This document shows, one piece after another, positions 38,747 through 48,013 of a DNA stretch of 64,000 nucleotides. The stretch spans positions 63,899 through 127,898 of the forward strand of contig JBMCHT010000002.1 of assembly GCA_048617235.1 (NCBI GenBank), read 5' to 3'. Every line of letters begins with the position of its first letter. Position 1 is the first letter of the stretch. The DNA is from Patescibacteria group bacterium (GTDB taxonomy: Bacteria; Patescibacteriota; Minisyncoccia; Phycocordibacterales; XYD1-FULL-46-19). The position numbers and the translations under genes were made by a program. Below the pieces are notes generated by a model that did not search any database, was not told the origin of the DNA, and was given only the letters and a program-made list of their open reading frames with translations.

Positions 38747-39577
38747 ATGACTACGCTATTTCTTGTCTTGGGGTGGACAGCCATACTGCTCACTCTGGTT
38801 GGGGTGATTGCCATCAAAAATCGCCCTTCCACCTCCTCCAACCAAACGGAGGAGGTAGCAACCGAAACAACGAACAGTGGTAACTGGCTCGGGAGAGTCT
38901 ATCGCCACCCCGCAACTCCCTTCGTGGTAGCCGGGCTAGTCGGACTGGGGTTGTTTATCGGCTTCTGGCCCAGCGCCACTTGGCCGATAATCAAAACCGG
39001 TGCCTGGTGGCTAGCTTTGGCCACGGTTGGGTTTGTGGTCTTCGGCTATATCAACATCCCCACGGAAGCCGAGACCACCGCTTCTCGGAGGCGAGTGGCC
39101 GGGTGGTTCAGACGCTATGCAGTCTTAGCTGTTATCTTCGGCTTGTTATTCGGCTTGTGGTCCAACCACAGCCCGGTAACAGTTGAAGAGGCAGTGGAGG
39201 CTGTCGGCAACTGGTCACCGCCGACAATTTCTCTTTTTTCTTCCTCTCCTGAGAGAGGAAGAACAAGAGAAAACCGCCCCCCGGCACCTCCTCCACCACC
39301 ACCGGAGCCATTCCGAGTTGATCGGATAACGGCTCCAACCGTCGGCTGGTCCGAGAAAATCGAGTTCAACACTCGACCTTGGACCAGGAGGTTCCAACTG
39401 AAGGCCGAGGTGGCGGCGAAAGATGTACCAGTCTTGATTAAAGCCGGCGGGCGACTGATCAAGACAACCCTTAACAAGCGATCGGAGCAAAAAGAAGATA
39501 TTGGGAATGTTCCCCATCTTCAAATTCGCTCCGAGAGCGGCAGACCGTTAACGATATTGGTCAAACGATATCGTTAA
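38747..39577 (+). CDS. Polytopic membrane protein (4 TM), poly-Pro linker and C-terminal beta-rich domain; possibly an NfeD-like partner of the SPFH protein
   Basis: 276 aa starting 3 nt after the SPFH stop. Four hydrophobic helices, then PPAPPPPPPEP, then a roughly 90-aa soluble tail. Confidence 0.5.
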   Translation: MTTLFLVLGWTAILLTLVGVIAIKNRPSTSSNQTEEVATETTNSGNWLGRVYRHPATPFVVAGLVGLGLFIGFWPSATWPIIKTGAWWLALATVGFVVFGYINIPTEAETTASRRRVAGWFRRYAVLAVIFGLLFGLWSNHSPVTVEEAVEAVGNWSPPTISLFSSSPERGRTRENRPPAPPPPPPEPFRVDRITAPTVGWSEKIEFNTRPWTRRFQLKAEVAAKDVPVLIKAGGRLIKTTLNKRSEQKEDIGNVPHLQIRSESGRPLTILVKRYR

Positions 39578-39602
39578 CATAACATTTTCTCCTTTTTAAC
39601 CC

Positions 39603-39638
39603 AAAACCGCCACCTCCAGATTGGAGAGTGGCGGTTTT
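39603..39638. terminator. Bidirectional rho-independent terminator between the convergent SPFH operon and the pilin array
   Basis: The stem aaaaccgccac(ctcc...ggag)gtggcggtttt carries a T-run on the plus strand and an A-run upstream that serves the minus strand. Confidence 0.6.
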
Positions 39639-39656
39639 ATTTTTTATTTTCTCAAT

Positions 39657-39899
39657 TTAGGAACAACTAAATCCGAAAGTAGCACAAATAGACCACATAA
39701 TTCCAAAAGCACTCAAAGCTATAAACAAACCAATCAAGCCGTAAATTATATGTTGAGAACCGGTTTGTCTTTTTTCAGCATTATCTGACCCCCAGATAAA
39801 CAAAACCACTCCAAACACAAAATAAACCACTCCTACCGCTATCGCCAACATCATTAAGGGATTAATTATATTGGCAATTATGTTATCTATTATTTCCAT
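39657..39899 (-). CDS. VirB2/TrbC-like pilin-family small membrane protein (paralogue 7, shortest)
   Basis: The family core INPLMMLAIAVGVVYFVFGVVLFIWGSDNAEKRQTGSQHIIYGLIGLFIALSAFGIMW. Confidence 0.6.
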   Translation of the reverse strand: MEIIDNIIANIINPLMMLAIAVGVVYFVFGVVLFIWGSDNAEKRQTGSQHIIYGLIGLFIALSAFGIMWSICATFGFSCS

Positions 39900-39931
39900 T
39901 AATTAATCAGTTTTTGATTGAAATTAATTAA

Positions 39932-40309
39932 CTAGCTAGTCTCTTCACCAAAAGAAGGAAGCTCATCTGGGACTCCGGTCTCACCCCCTAGAGTTTCACT
40001 TAAAATGCCAACCAAACCCCAAGCGGCCACCATTACAAACAATACTACAATACCCATTATAATTATATTGATACCCGTACTTCTTTTTTCCGGATCTCCG
40101 GCAGCAGTTAAATAAGTAATTAACCCCCACAAGAAGACCAAGAAACCAAGACCAATTAAAATTGGAACCAAACTATTGACCCAACCCAAGATAGCGCTGA
40201 ACAAACTATCTACATCCGTTATATCACTACCGCCACCATCTTGAGCTAAAGCCACATTGCCTACCAATAAAGCAACTGAAAATAAAGCAACTTTTATTTT
40301 ATTCTTCAT
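39932..40309 (-). CDS. VirB2/TrbC-like pilin-family protein (paralogue 6)
   Basis: A signal peptide ending ...ALAQD, a Gly-rich segment, then the core LVPILIGLGFLVFLWGLITYLTAAGDPEKRSTG...IMGIVVLFVMVAAWGLV. Confidence 0.6.
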   Translation of the reverse strand: MKNKIKVALFSVALLVGNVALAQDGGGSDITDVDSLFSAILGWVNSLVPILIGLGFLVFLWGLITYLTAAGDPEKRSTGINIIIMGIVVLFVMVAAWGLVGILSETLGGETGVPDELPSFGEETS

Positions 40310-40434
40310 ATAATTTTTATTAATTATAAACTTATAATTTTATTAAAGGTTTTTAATAATTAAAACCTATTATTTGGTAATTATAACAATTACCAAATAA
40401 TAAAACAATAATTAATCTTCATACTGTTAATAAC

Positions 40435-40839
40435 TTACATAACCTCACCACCTGACTGGGGAATGGGAACATCGCCCCCACTTAAATTAAAAGTGGTTAT
40501 TAAAACATTAACCAACCCCCAAACAGATAACATCACAAATAAACCAACCAAACCGTAGATTATCATCTGAGAGCCCTTAGACATTTCTTCAGCGTTGCCT
40601 CCGGCTTTAACATACTTGACTACTCCAAACATAAAAACCACTACTGCTATTGCTATAGCTAAAGAAACTAAAGGATTTAAAATATCCGGAATAATCACCC
40701 CTTCTATAAGTTCTTTTAACGACTGACCACCTCCACCTGCAGGATCCTGAGCTTTAGCCGAAGTAGCCAATACCCCAAACACCAAAACCACTGGGATTAT
40801 TGCCATTAATCTAACCGTTATATTTCTTAAAACTATCAT
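40435..40839 (-). CDS. VirB2/TrbC-like pilin-family protein (paralogue 5)
   Basis: A signal peptide ending ...AKAQD, a GGGG segment, then the core NPLVSLAIAIAVVVFMFGVVKYVKAGGNAEEMSKGSQMIIYGLVGLFVMLSVWGLV. Confidence 0.6.
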   Translation of the reverse strand: MIVLRNITVRLMAIIPVVLVFGVLATSAKAQDPAGGGGQSLKELIEGVIIPDILNPLVSLAIAIAVVVFMFGVVKYVKAGGNAEEMSKGSQMIIYGLVGLFVMLSVWGLVNVLITTFNLSGGDVPIPQSGGEVM

Positions 40840-40862
40840 AAATATTGATGTTTACTTTTTAA

Positions 40863-41321
40863 TCATTGTTGTGAACCACCGCTGACATCAGGGGGAGAAA
40901 TAGCAGGGCTACCAAGATTAAAAGTGGTTTCTAAAACTTTCACAAATCCCCAAACAGATAACATTACAAACAAAACCACAATACCATAGACCATCAACCT
41001 GCCACCTTCGCTTACTTTTTCATCATTCCCGCCGGCGGAGACATATTTAACCAAACCCCACAAAAAGATCACGAACCCAACCGCTACCAAAAGAATTACT
41101 AAAGGATTTAAAATTCCATCAATTAAAGTATCCACTAAGTCGGAAAAGCCTGTACCACCACCGGTATCCCAATCAGTTGGATAAGCTCCACCCCCAGCTT
41201 CACCTTCACCTTCACCCTGAGCCAAAACTGAAACCGGATTCCAAATTAAAAAAGATAAAGAAACAATAAACAAAAATACCTTAGTCCAAGTTGGGGATTT
41301 TTTTATATTTTGCATATTCAA
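40863..41321 (-). CDS. VirB2/TrbC-like pilin-family protein (paralogue 4)
   Basis: A signal peptide, a Gly/Glu-rich segment, then the core NPLVILLVAVGFVIFLWGLVKYVSAGGNDEKVSEGGRLMVYGIVVLFVMLSVWGFV. Confidence 0.6.
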   Translation of the reverse strand: MNMQNIKKSPTWTKVFLFIVSLSFLIWNPVSVLAQGEGEGEAGGGAYPTDWDTGGGTGFSDLVDTLIDGILNPLVILLVAVGFVIFLWGLVKYVSAGGNDEKVSEGGRLMVYGIVVLFVMLSVWGFVKVLETTFNLGSPAISPPDVSGGSQQ

Positions 41322-41347
41322 GATATTTATTATTAATATTTATTTCT

Positions 41348-41644
41348 TTAGTATAGAGTTTGTGTTCCCCCGGTTGAACGAGGAATATCAACTTCCTCTG
41401 GAGTGAATCCAAAAGTGGTTTCCAATATCTTCACAAATCCCCAAGCAGATACCATCACAAACAAAACCACAATCCCATAAACCATTAATTTCCCTCCCTC
41501 GGCCAGTTTTTCATCATTCCCGCCGGCGGAGACATATTTAAGCAAACCCCACAAAAAAACTACAAAAGCTAAAGCGACCAATAAAATAATTAAAGGATTT
41601 AAAACACGCTCAATTAAAAACAAAATAAGACCATAAATATCCAT
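41348..41644 (-). CDS. VirB2/TrbC-like pilin-family protein (paralogue 3, lacks an N-terminal signal region)
   Basis: Its core is nearly identical to paralogue 4 (NPLIILLVALAFVVFLWGLLKYVSAGGNDEKLAEGGKLMVYGIVVLFVMVSAWGFV). Confidence 0.55.
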   Translation of the reverse strand: MDIYGLILFLIERVLNPLIILLVALAFVVFLWGLLKYVSAGGNDEKLAEGGKLMVYGIVVLFVMVSAWGFVKILETTFGFTPEEVDIPRSTGGTQTLY

Positions 41645-41688
41645 AAAAATATAATAATTAACTTAATAATGAATAATCATACCACTTT

Positions 41689-42072
41689 TTATAATGTATC
41701 AACAGTGGCTTGAATTAAATTAATAATAGCAAAAGCACCCAAAACCACCCCTGCTCCGGCTAAAGTCCAGATTATAGCGGTCTTGGCTTTGGTTATTTTT
41801 TCTTGATTACCTTGAGCCATTACTAACATCACTCCGGATATTATAATAAACAAAGCCACTACCGGAGCACCTAAGGTTACCACTCCTTCTAAAACCGCTT
41901 CTATTAATTCTACCAAACTCTCCGCAGTTAAAGGATTATTTATCCGGACACTACTGCCACCTTCCACCGCTCTCACTTTAAAAACAGGAATCAGGATTAA
42001 TAATATTGATAAACAGTAACCTTTAAGTATATTTTTTATAGTTGTTTTCTTCATATAATTATTATATACCAA
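41689..42072 (-). CDS. Divergent member of the same small 2-helix membrane protein family (paralogue 2)
   Basis: A signal/TM, then VVALFIIISGVMLVMAQGNQEKITKAKTAIIWTLAGAGVVLGAFAII, the same helix-loop-helix layout. Confidence 0.45.
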   Translation of the reverse strand: MVYNNYMKKTTIKNILKGYCLSILLILIPVFKVRAVEGGSSVRINNPLTAESLVELIEAVLEGVVTLGAPVVALFIIISGVMLVMAQGNQEKITKAKTAIIWTLAGAGVVLGAFAIINLIQATVDTL

Positions 42073-42081
42073 AAAAATAAA

Positions 42082-42471
42082 TTAACCGAATATATCTAAA
42101 ACAGAATTACCCTCTTCCACTAAAAGAGTAACTATAAATTTAACAATCAACCAAGCGGCTAAAGAAATAAACAAACCGGTCAAAGCGGTTTTAATTATAT
42201 TCTTACCCTTATCAATATAAGCAGGATTGGCAGCATTAATAGCCCACATAATTCCACCTATAACTATAGCCAAAGTAGCTACCGGGATAGCAATATAAGT
42301 AGTTAAAAAAGAAACAATATTATCTGCTAAAGTAAATAAATCATTAAAAGTGCAATTTACCCCCTCACAAGGAATTAATTCTCCACTCTCTTGACCTTTG
42401 GTAACAGAAGGCCAAAAAAGAAGAAGTCCAACCGGAATAGTATAAAAAGATTCTTTAATTTTATTAAACAT
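42082..42471 (-). CDS. Divergent member of the same family (paralogue 1), Cys-containing
   Basis: The ORF track runs to 42531, but an internal Met start at 42471 (MFNKIKESF...) removes the 56-nt overlap with the upstream gene. The core reads IAIPVATLAIVIGGIMWAINAANPAYIDKGKNIIKTALTGLFISLAAWLIV. Confidence 0.45.
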   Translation of the reverse strand: MFNKIKESFYTIPVGLLLFWPSVTKGQESGELIPCEGVNCTFNDLFTLADNIVSFLTTYIAIPVATLAIVIGGIMWAINAANPAYIDKGKNIIKTALTGLFISLAAWLIVKFIVTLLVEEGNSVLDIFG

Positions 42472-42475
42472 AATT

Positions 42476-43774
42476 TTAATCAAAAAGATTACTAATTTGA
42501 CGCCTGGCTGTTTCCAAGGCTGCTTCCGCACTCTGACCTCCAGCTGCCACTGTTTCTATCATATTCTGGAAAACACCATTTGTGGTATGAGGATCGGGAT
42601 CTAACCAAGTTCTGGCCAGTAAAGCCGACCGATAAAAAACAGACATAAAAGGATTAGAATGGCCTTGACCTAATCTGGATCGACCGGCACTCGGTAGTCC
42701 TATAGCTTCTTCCCATAAATTACTATAACGATCAGAGGCTAAAATACCAGCAGCCTTAAAAGCGGCTTGCGGATTAACCGAATTAAGATTAACCGCCACT
42801 GCATAAAAACGACCGGCAGTGGCCTTGATCGTAGCCGAACTGTTTTGAGGGAAAAAGTGTACATCCATATTTAAATTGGGATTACCACGACGCAGAGAAT
42901 CCAATTCTGAAGCAAAACCAAAATAATTAGCTAAATTACCGGACAAAAACATCTGTTTATCGTTAGGTAAAGTCCTATTCCAAGAATATTCAAATCTGTT
43001 AGTGTTGGCAAAACGAGAATAAAACTCTAAAGCGGCTCGACCTCGACTATCGGCTTCTCTATTAGTTGACCCGGTAACCAATCTATCTCCCACTTGTAAT
43101 AAAAGAGAAACTACTACATCTTTAGCGTTGGTAATATTACTATATTGCCCCATAGCCACAGCGCTTTGCTTTACCGTTAATCTATCCTCTATTATATTTA
43201 ATCTTTTTAAAACAGACTCAGCTCCGGCCGGACCGTCTATCAATTCCACCCAAGTGGCCGGCGGACCGGCCACTCCCGACTGATTATATATATCTCGATT
43301 ATAAAACATAACCAAAGGATCAACTAGTAAAGGTCGAGCTAGGGATCCTTCCTCGGTTAAAAAAATATCAAAACCATCTGCATAAGTGGTTCTAAAATCT
43401 CGTTCAGAAAAACTGGAATAAGGCAGAATCCAAAAAGTATCTCGGTACCGCCCCAACCAAGTGTCATTAATAATAATTAGATCCGGCCCTCGGCCTTGAA
43501 TTCTCTCTCTGACATAATCTTGTTCTAACTTAGACCCGGTTTTACCAACATAATTAATTTTAACCAGATTATCATTTTGGCTATTAATTACGTGAATCAA
43601 TTCGCTAACTTGAGAAGAAGGCCATGGTCCCCAAACAGTTACACTACCCATAAATTCTGTATCGGCACTTCTACCAATAGGAATCCAACCGGCGAAAACA
43701 GCCACTGCAAAAAGTAGAACACAAGCAAAAAAAACCAAAACTCCAATTTGAAAAGAATTATATTGATCTCCCAT
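42476..43774 (-). CDS. Membrane-anchored extracellular solute-binding-protein-like protein (SBP_bac_1-like)
   Basis: 432 aa with an N-terminal TM anchor, then VTVWGPWPSS...KINYVGKTG...GRGPDLIIINDTW resembling family-1 SBPs. No ABC permease or ATPase genes are adjacent. Confidence 0.4.
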   Translation of the reverse strand: MGDQYNSFQIGVLVFFACVLLFAVAVFAGWIPIGRSADTEFMGSVTVWGPWPSSQVSELIHVINSQNDNLVKINYVGKTGSKLEQDYVRERIQGRGPDLIIINDTWLGRYRDTFWILPYSSFSERDFRTTYADGFDIFLTEEGSLARPLLVDPLVMFYNRDIYNQSGVAGPPATWVELIDGPAGAESVLKRLNIIEDRLTVKQSAVAMGQYSNITNAKDVVVSLLLQVGDRLVTGSTNREADSRGRAALEFYSRFANTNRFEYSWNRTLPNDKQMFLSGNLANYFGFASELDSLRRGNPNLNMDVHFFPQNSSATIKATAGRFYAVAVNLNSVNPQAAFKAAGILASDRYSNLWEEAIGLPSAGRSRLGQGHSNPFMSVFYRSALLARTWLDPDPHTTNGVFQNMIETVAAGGQSAEAALETARRQISNLFD

Positions 43775-43779
43775 AACAA

Positions 43780-44313
43780 TTATTCCGGCTTAGTGCCTAA
43801 TAACCCATAATGATGAGCCCCGGCCATAAAATCTCGATCCAATTCAAACCCGGCTTCAGTCATAATCTCTTCAGCTTTTATTTTATTAACCACTTGTTGT
43901 GATACAGGACCTAGGCCACCAAAAGAATCTTGCCAATCTATTATTAAAATTTTACCGCCGGGTGCTAAAACTCGAAAAGCCTCTCTCATTAAAATATATT
44001 TAGATTCACTTTGAAATAAAACATTAGCCAAAACCACTGCCGTCACCGAAGCCTCAGCCAAACCGGAACCATTGGGTTTATCTAAATTTCCTCTAATTAC
44101 CTCAATATTGGTTAAACCCGACTCCCTAGACTCAGCTTTTAATTTATCTAAAATATCTTTTTGAACATCTACGGCATAAACTCTACCCTCCGACCCAACA
44201 GCCTCAGCTAAAGCCAAAGAATAAGCCCCAACACCACAACCAAAATCCGCCACTTTTTGACCGGAGGTCAAATGTAATTCAGATACATTATTCTGGGGTT
44301 GAGCAAAATCCAT
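43780..44313 (-). CDS. Class I SAM-dependent methyltransferase
   Basis: Motif I VADFGCGVGAYSL and the post-I acidic residue. Confidence 0.7.
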   Translation of the reverse strand: MDFAQPQNNVSELHLTSGQKVADFGCGVGAYSLALAEAVGSEGRVYAVDVQKDILDKLKAESRESGLTNIEVIRGNLDKPNGSGLAEASVTAVVLANVLFQSESKYILMREAFRVLAPGGKILIIDWQDSFGGLGPVSQQVVNKIKAEEIMTEAGFELDRDFMAGAHHYGLLGTKPE

Positions 44314-44373
44314 TACTTTTATTATACCAAAGTAATAACTACAAGGGCAAACTTTAAAGAGGGATAAAAAATA

Positions 44374-46851
44374 TTAGAGAAAAGTTACCGAAGCTAGCTG
44401 ATCTTTGATTTTTAATTTCATTAAGCGCACTCCTTGAGTTTGTCGTCCTTGAACCGGAACTTGATCCAAGCCGACTCTTATTACTTGACCCAAACGAGAA
44501 ATGGCGATTAACTCACTATAGTCTTCCGTTAAAGCTCTAACGGCGATTAAATGGCCGGTTTTATCGGTGGTTTTAAAAGTCTTAATTCCGCCTCCGCCAC
44601 GTTTTTGTATTTTATATTCAACTACTTCGGTCATTTTACCATAACCGGATTGACTGACGGTTATAAAACGAACCGATTCATTTTTTTCCACTCGATCAGC
44701 TCCAACCACATAATCATCTTTACTTAATTTAATACCTCGAACACCGGCAGCCGTTCTACCCATTGATCGTAAATCGGATTCTTTAAACCTTATAGATTGA
44801 CCGGCGATGGTGGCTAAAATAATAGAATCACCTTTTCCAACCAAACGAACCGATAATAATTCATCTTTATCTCCCAAATGAATGGCAATTAAACCACTAC
44901 GACGAACATCTTTAAAATTATCCGCCTGAACCTTTTTAACCACTCCGAATTTGGTCACCATTACCAAAGCCAACTGATTCCATTTGGTATCTTTATCCAA
45001 ACTTAAAACCGAAGTCACTTTTTCATCAGCCTCCAAAGCTAAATAATTAACTATCGACTTACCTCGAGTGGCTCTTTTGCATTCCGGTAAATCATACATT
45101 TTCATTTGATAAACCTTACCTTTATCGGTAAAGAATAATAAATCACTATGTGTATTGGCAGTTAAAAATATTCTAACAAAATCTTCTTCTTTAACATTAA
45201 GATCTATTACTCCGGTGCCTCCCCTTTTTTGTTGTCGAAATTCACTCGGATCAGTTCTTTTTATATAACCACCTTCTGTTAGAACCAAGACATTATCTTT
45301 TTCCGGAACCAAATCTTCGGGATTAATGGTTTTAACTCCACCGGGAATAACTTTGGTTCGGCGGTCATCACCATATTTATCTATCGCCTCTTGTAATTCA
45401 TCTTTAATAATGGTGGTTATTTTTTGAGGACTGGCTAAAATAGCTTTTAATTCTTTAATTAATTGTTGTTTTTCTTTCAATTCTTCTTCTATTTTTTTTC
45501 TTTCCAAACCGGCCAATTTTTGTAATCTCATTTCCAAAATGGCAGTGGCTTGTAAATCGGATAACTTAAATTCTTGCTGTAATCGCTTATGTGCCTCAGC
45601 CGTATCTTTGGATTTTTTAATGGTTTTTATAATGGCATCTATATGATCTAAAGCTTTCTTTAAACCAAGTAAAATATGTTCCCGAGCTTCAGCTTTTTTT
45701 AAATCAAATCGTGTCCGATTAACCACCACTTCCCGACGATGTAGTAAAAATTCTTCCAAAATAACCTTTAGAGGCATTAATTTCGGCACTCCACCTGACA
45801 AAGCCAACATATTATAATGAAAAGTGGTTTCCAAATCCGTATGCTTATAGATGACATTGAGCATTTTTTGCGGTTGAGCTCCATTTTTTAAATCTATAAC
45901 CACTCGAATATCTTTAGTTGATTCATCTCTAATATCTCTAATTCCGTCTATTTTTTTATTTCTAACCAAATCAGCCATTTTTATAATCATATCCGCCTTA
46001 TTAACCTGATAAGGTATAGAGGAAATAATTATCTGATGTCCGCCGGTTTTGGTTTCTATTATCTCGGCCTCTCCCCGAACAGTCACTCCACCTCGACCGG
46101 TAGAATACGCGTGAACTAAATCTTTTTTATTAAACACCAAACCTCCGGTCGGAAAATCCGGACCGGTTATATATTTAGTTAAATCCTCAGCCGCTAAATC
46201 CGGATTATCTGCTAAAACTTTTAAAGCTTCAGCTACTTCTGTTAAATTATGAGGGGGGATTTTAGTAGCCATGCCAACCGCTATACCAAAAGTACCATTT
46301 AATAATAAATTGGGAATAGCTGCCGGTAAAACCGTCGGTTCTTTTAATTCTCCGGAATAATTATCTGCATATTCTACCGTTTCTTTTTCTATATCTTTTA
46401 ACATTTCCGAAGCTAAGCGAGACATTTTAGCTTCAGTATAACGAAAAGCAGCCGCTGAATCTCCATCTATGGAACCAAAGTTACCTTGACCGGCAACCAA
46501 GGGATATCGAGCTGAAAAATCTTGTGCCATTTTTACCATAGCATCATAAACCGAGGAATCACCATGAGGATGGTATTTACCCAAAACATCACCAACCACT
46601 ACTGCCGATTTTTTAAATTTAGACCCGCCATGCAAACCTAAACCGTGCATAGTATATAAAATTCGCCGATGTACCGGCTTTAAACCATCCCTTACATCAG
46701 GCAAAGCTCGAGAGACAATAACAGACATGGAGTAATCCAAGTAAGCATCTTGCATCTCCTTAACAATACCGGCCGGTATCACTTGCCAGCCAACCGGTTT
46801 TTCGGGAATATTTGATTTATTTTTATCCGATTTGTTATTTTTACCAGACAT
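44374..46851 (-). CDS. gyrA: DNA gyrase subunit A
   Basis: The active-site Tyr region ([11 protein letters not shown]), a QRDR-like segment ([10 protein letters not shown]) and C-terminal beta-pinwheel repeats. Confidence 0.95.
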   Translation of the reverse strand: MSGKNNKSDKNKSNIPEKPVGWQVIPAGIVKEMQDAYLDYSMSVIVSRALPDVRDGLKPVHRRILYTMHGLGLHGGSKFKKSAVVVGDVLGKYHPHGDSSVYDAMVKMAQDFSARYPLVAGQGNFGSIDGDSAAAFRYTEAKMSRLASEMLKDIEKETVEYADNYSGELKEPTVLPAAIPNLLLNGTFGIAVGMATKIPPHNLTEVAEALKVLADNPDLAAEDLTKYITGPDFPTGGLVFNKKDLVHAYSTGRGGVTVRGEAEIIETKTGGHQIIISSIPYQVNKADMIIKMADLVRNKKIDGIRDIRDESTKDIRVVIDLKNGAQPQKMLNVIYKHTDLETTFHYNMLALSGGVPKLMPLKVILEEFLLHRREVVVNRTRFDLKKAEAREHILLGLKKALDHIDAIIKTIKKSKDTAEAHKRLQQEFKLSDLQATAILEMRLQKLAGLERKKIEEELKEKQQLIKELKAILASPQKITTIIKDELQEAIDKYGDDRRTKVIPGGVKTINPEDLVPEKDNVLVLTEGGYIKRTDPSEFRQQKRGGTGVIDLNVKEEDFVRIFLTANTHSDLLFFTDKGKVYQMKMYDLPECKRATRGKSIVNYLALEADEKVTSVLSLDKDTKWNQLALVMVTKFGVVKKVQADNFKDVRRSGLIAIHLGDKDELLSVRLVGKGDSIILATIAGQSIRFKESDLRSMGRTAAGVRGIKLSKDDYVVGADRVEKNESVRFITVSQSGYGKMTEVVEYKIQKRGGGGIKTFKTTDKTGHLIAVRALTEDYSELIAISRLGQVIRVGLDQVPVQGRQTQGVRLMKLKIKDQLASVTFL

Positions 46852-46858
46852 AATTATT

Positions 46859-47113
46859 TTATTTATTATCTATTTGACCCCATAAAATCTGCCAACCATT
46901 TTTAACCCTGTTTACAGTTTGAGAAACAATTCCGACAGAAGATTGATGTTCAGCCAAACGATCCTCGTCTGTATAAATCGAAATAAGCCAAGAGTTCGTC
47001 AACCAAATCACTATAATAATAAAAGTAAAAATAGTTGCCAAAAACAAAGATATAACCTGTCGGTTTTTTTTAGGCTGTAAACGCCAACTTTCTAAATGAT
47101 TCCATAAAAACAT
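46859..47113 (-). CDS. Small membrane protein
   Basis: 84 aa with a single TM. Confidence 0.35.
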   Translation of the reverse strand: MFLWNHLESWRLQPKKNRQVISLFLATIFTFIIIVIWLTNSWLISIYTDEDRLAEHQSSVGIVSQTVNRVKNGWQILWGQIDNK

Positions 47114-47146
47114 ATATTAAACAAGAAAAATTTTATAATTCTTCCT

Positions 47147-47779
47147 TTATTGAGCAGCTAATATTAACGGTTCAGCTGTTTTATTCTCTATATCTTTCCT
47201 CTTTAAAGATATCTTTTCCAACGGTTTTACTTTATCTCCCCCCAATTCCTTAGCCACTATTTCAAAAGAGTCTTTAGCCTTTTTCTCATCAACCGGAAAA
47301 ACGGGGATTACCAATTTAGCCCCCAAGGAAGCCGCTAACTTGGCTGCCACTTGAGGTTGAACTGAACCCAAACCTCCAGCCGGAACAAATAAAATATCTA
47401 TACTGCCCAAACCTTCCACCACCTCATCCGGTAAAGACTGTTCGGTTAATAAACCTAAATGAACAATATTCATCCCCTCCAATTCTACGGTATAAACCGT
47501 ATTTATAATTCTATCCGGCCCAACTGTTTCAAAACCCTCTATAAATTCTCCTCCTATTTCATACTCTCCCGGCCCATCTATAATCATAGAACCATCAGTA
47601 GACGACCTCAATCCTTCGACTCCATTACAAGCCGGTACATTAGCAGACACCAAAGCAGTATCCGCTCCGAATCTGACCGGTTTTACTTGATTAAAATCTT
47701 TACTAATAGGATTAAAAGCAACCACTTTGTCTCCAAATTGAACCCGAAGACAACCGGCTCCGTAATAATTTATTATCAT
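47147..47779 (-). CDS. UPF0173-like MBL-fold protein lacking the HxHxDH metal motif
   Basis: The N-terminal MIINYYGAGCLRVQFGDKVVAFNP and C-terminal SIDILFVPAGG match the family layout, but no His cluster is present. Confidence 0.4.
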   Translation of the reverse strand: MIINYYGAGCLRVQFGDKVVAFNPISKDFNQVKPVRFGADTALVSANVPACNGVEGLRSSTDGSMIIDGPGEYEIGGEFIEGFETVGPDRIINTVYTVELEGMNIVHLGLLTEQSLPDEVVEGLGSIDILFVPAGGLGSVQPQVAAKLAASLGAKLVIPVFPVDEKKAKDSFEIVAKELGGDKVKPLEKISLKRKDIENKTAEPLILAAQ

Positions 47780-47828
47780 AATAAGTATATATTAACATAT
47801 AAAAATTATTTTATCTAGATTGAAAAAC

Positions 47829-47856
47829 TTGCCAAAATCTAATATTCATCTATACT
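47829..47856 (+). promoter_or_regulatory. Sigma70-like promoter candidate (TTGCCA, 16 nt, TATACT) upstream of the S1-domain gene
   Basis: A near-consensus hexamer pair about 155 nt upstream of the ATG at 48014. Confidence 0.3.
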
Positions 47857-48013
47857 AAAACCTGATTCCCTGCCTGGTATTATAGGCGGAATTTTTATTA
47901 TAAGTCTCGGTCATGAACTCGAACCCCGACATATTTTTAAAACAATAAATCGGGATAATCGTAGCTCAACCGAGGTTCGCTTGAAAAAGCGAGCTAAATT
48001 ACCAATTAAATAA

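Noticed and set aside
37848-39523. Numerous antisense or alternate-frame ORFs in the GC-rich block (for example 37848..38273, 37891..38439, 38420..38690, 38980..39186, 39115..39523)
   Set aside because: High GC suppresses stop codons and gives long spurious ORFs. The SPFH and 4-TM frames have coherent domain architecture, while the others are Pro/Arg/Gly-rich low-complexity translations.
47860-48000. tRNA-like fragments (actcgaaccccga matching the tRNA-Gln T-arm, and gtagctcaaccgagg... resembling a D-arm) upstream of the S1-domain gene
   Set aside because: I could not fold a complete cloverleaf. The acceptor and T stems do not pair, so at most this is a tRNA remnant and I did not call it a gene.
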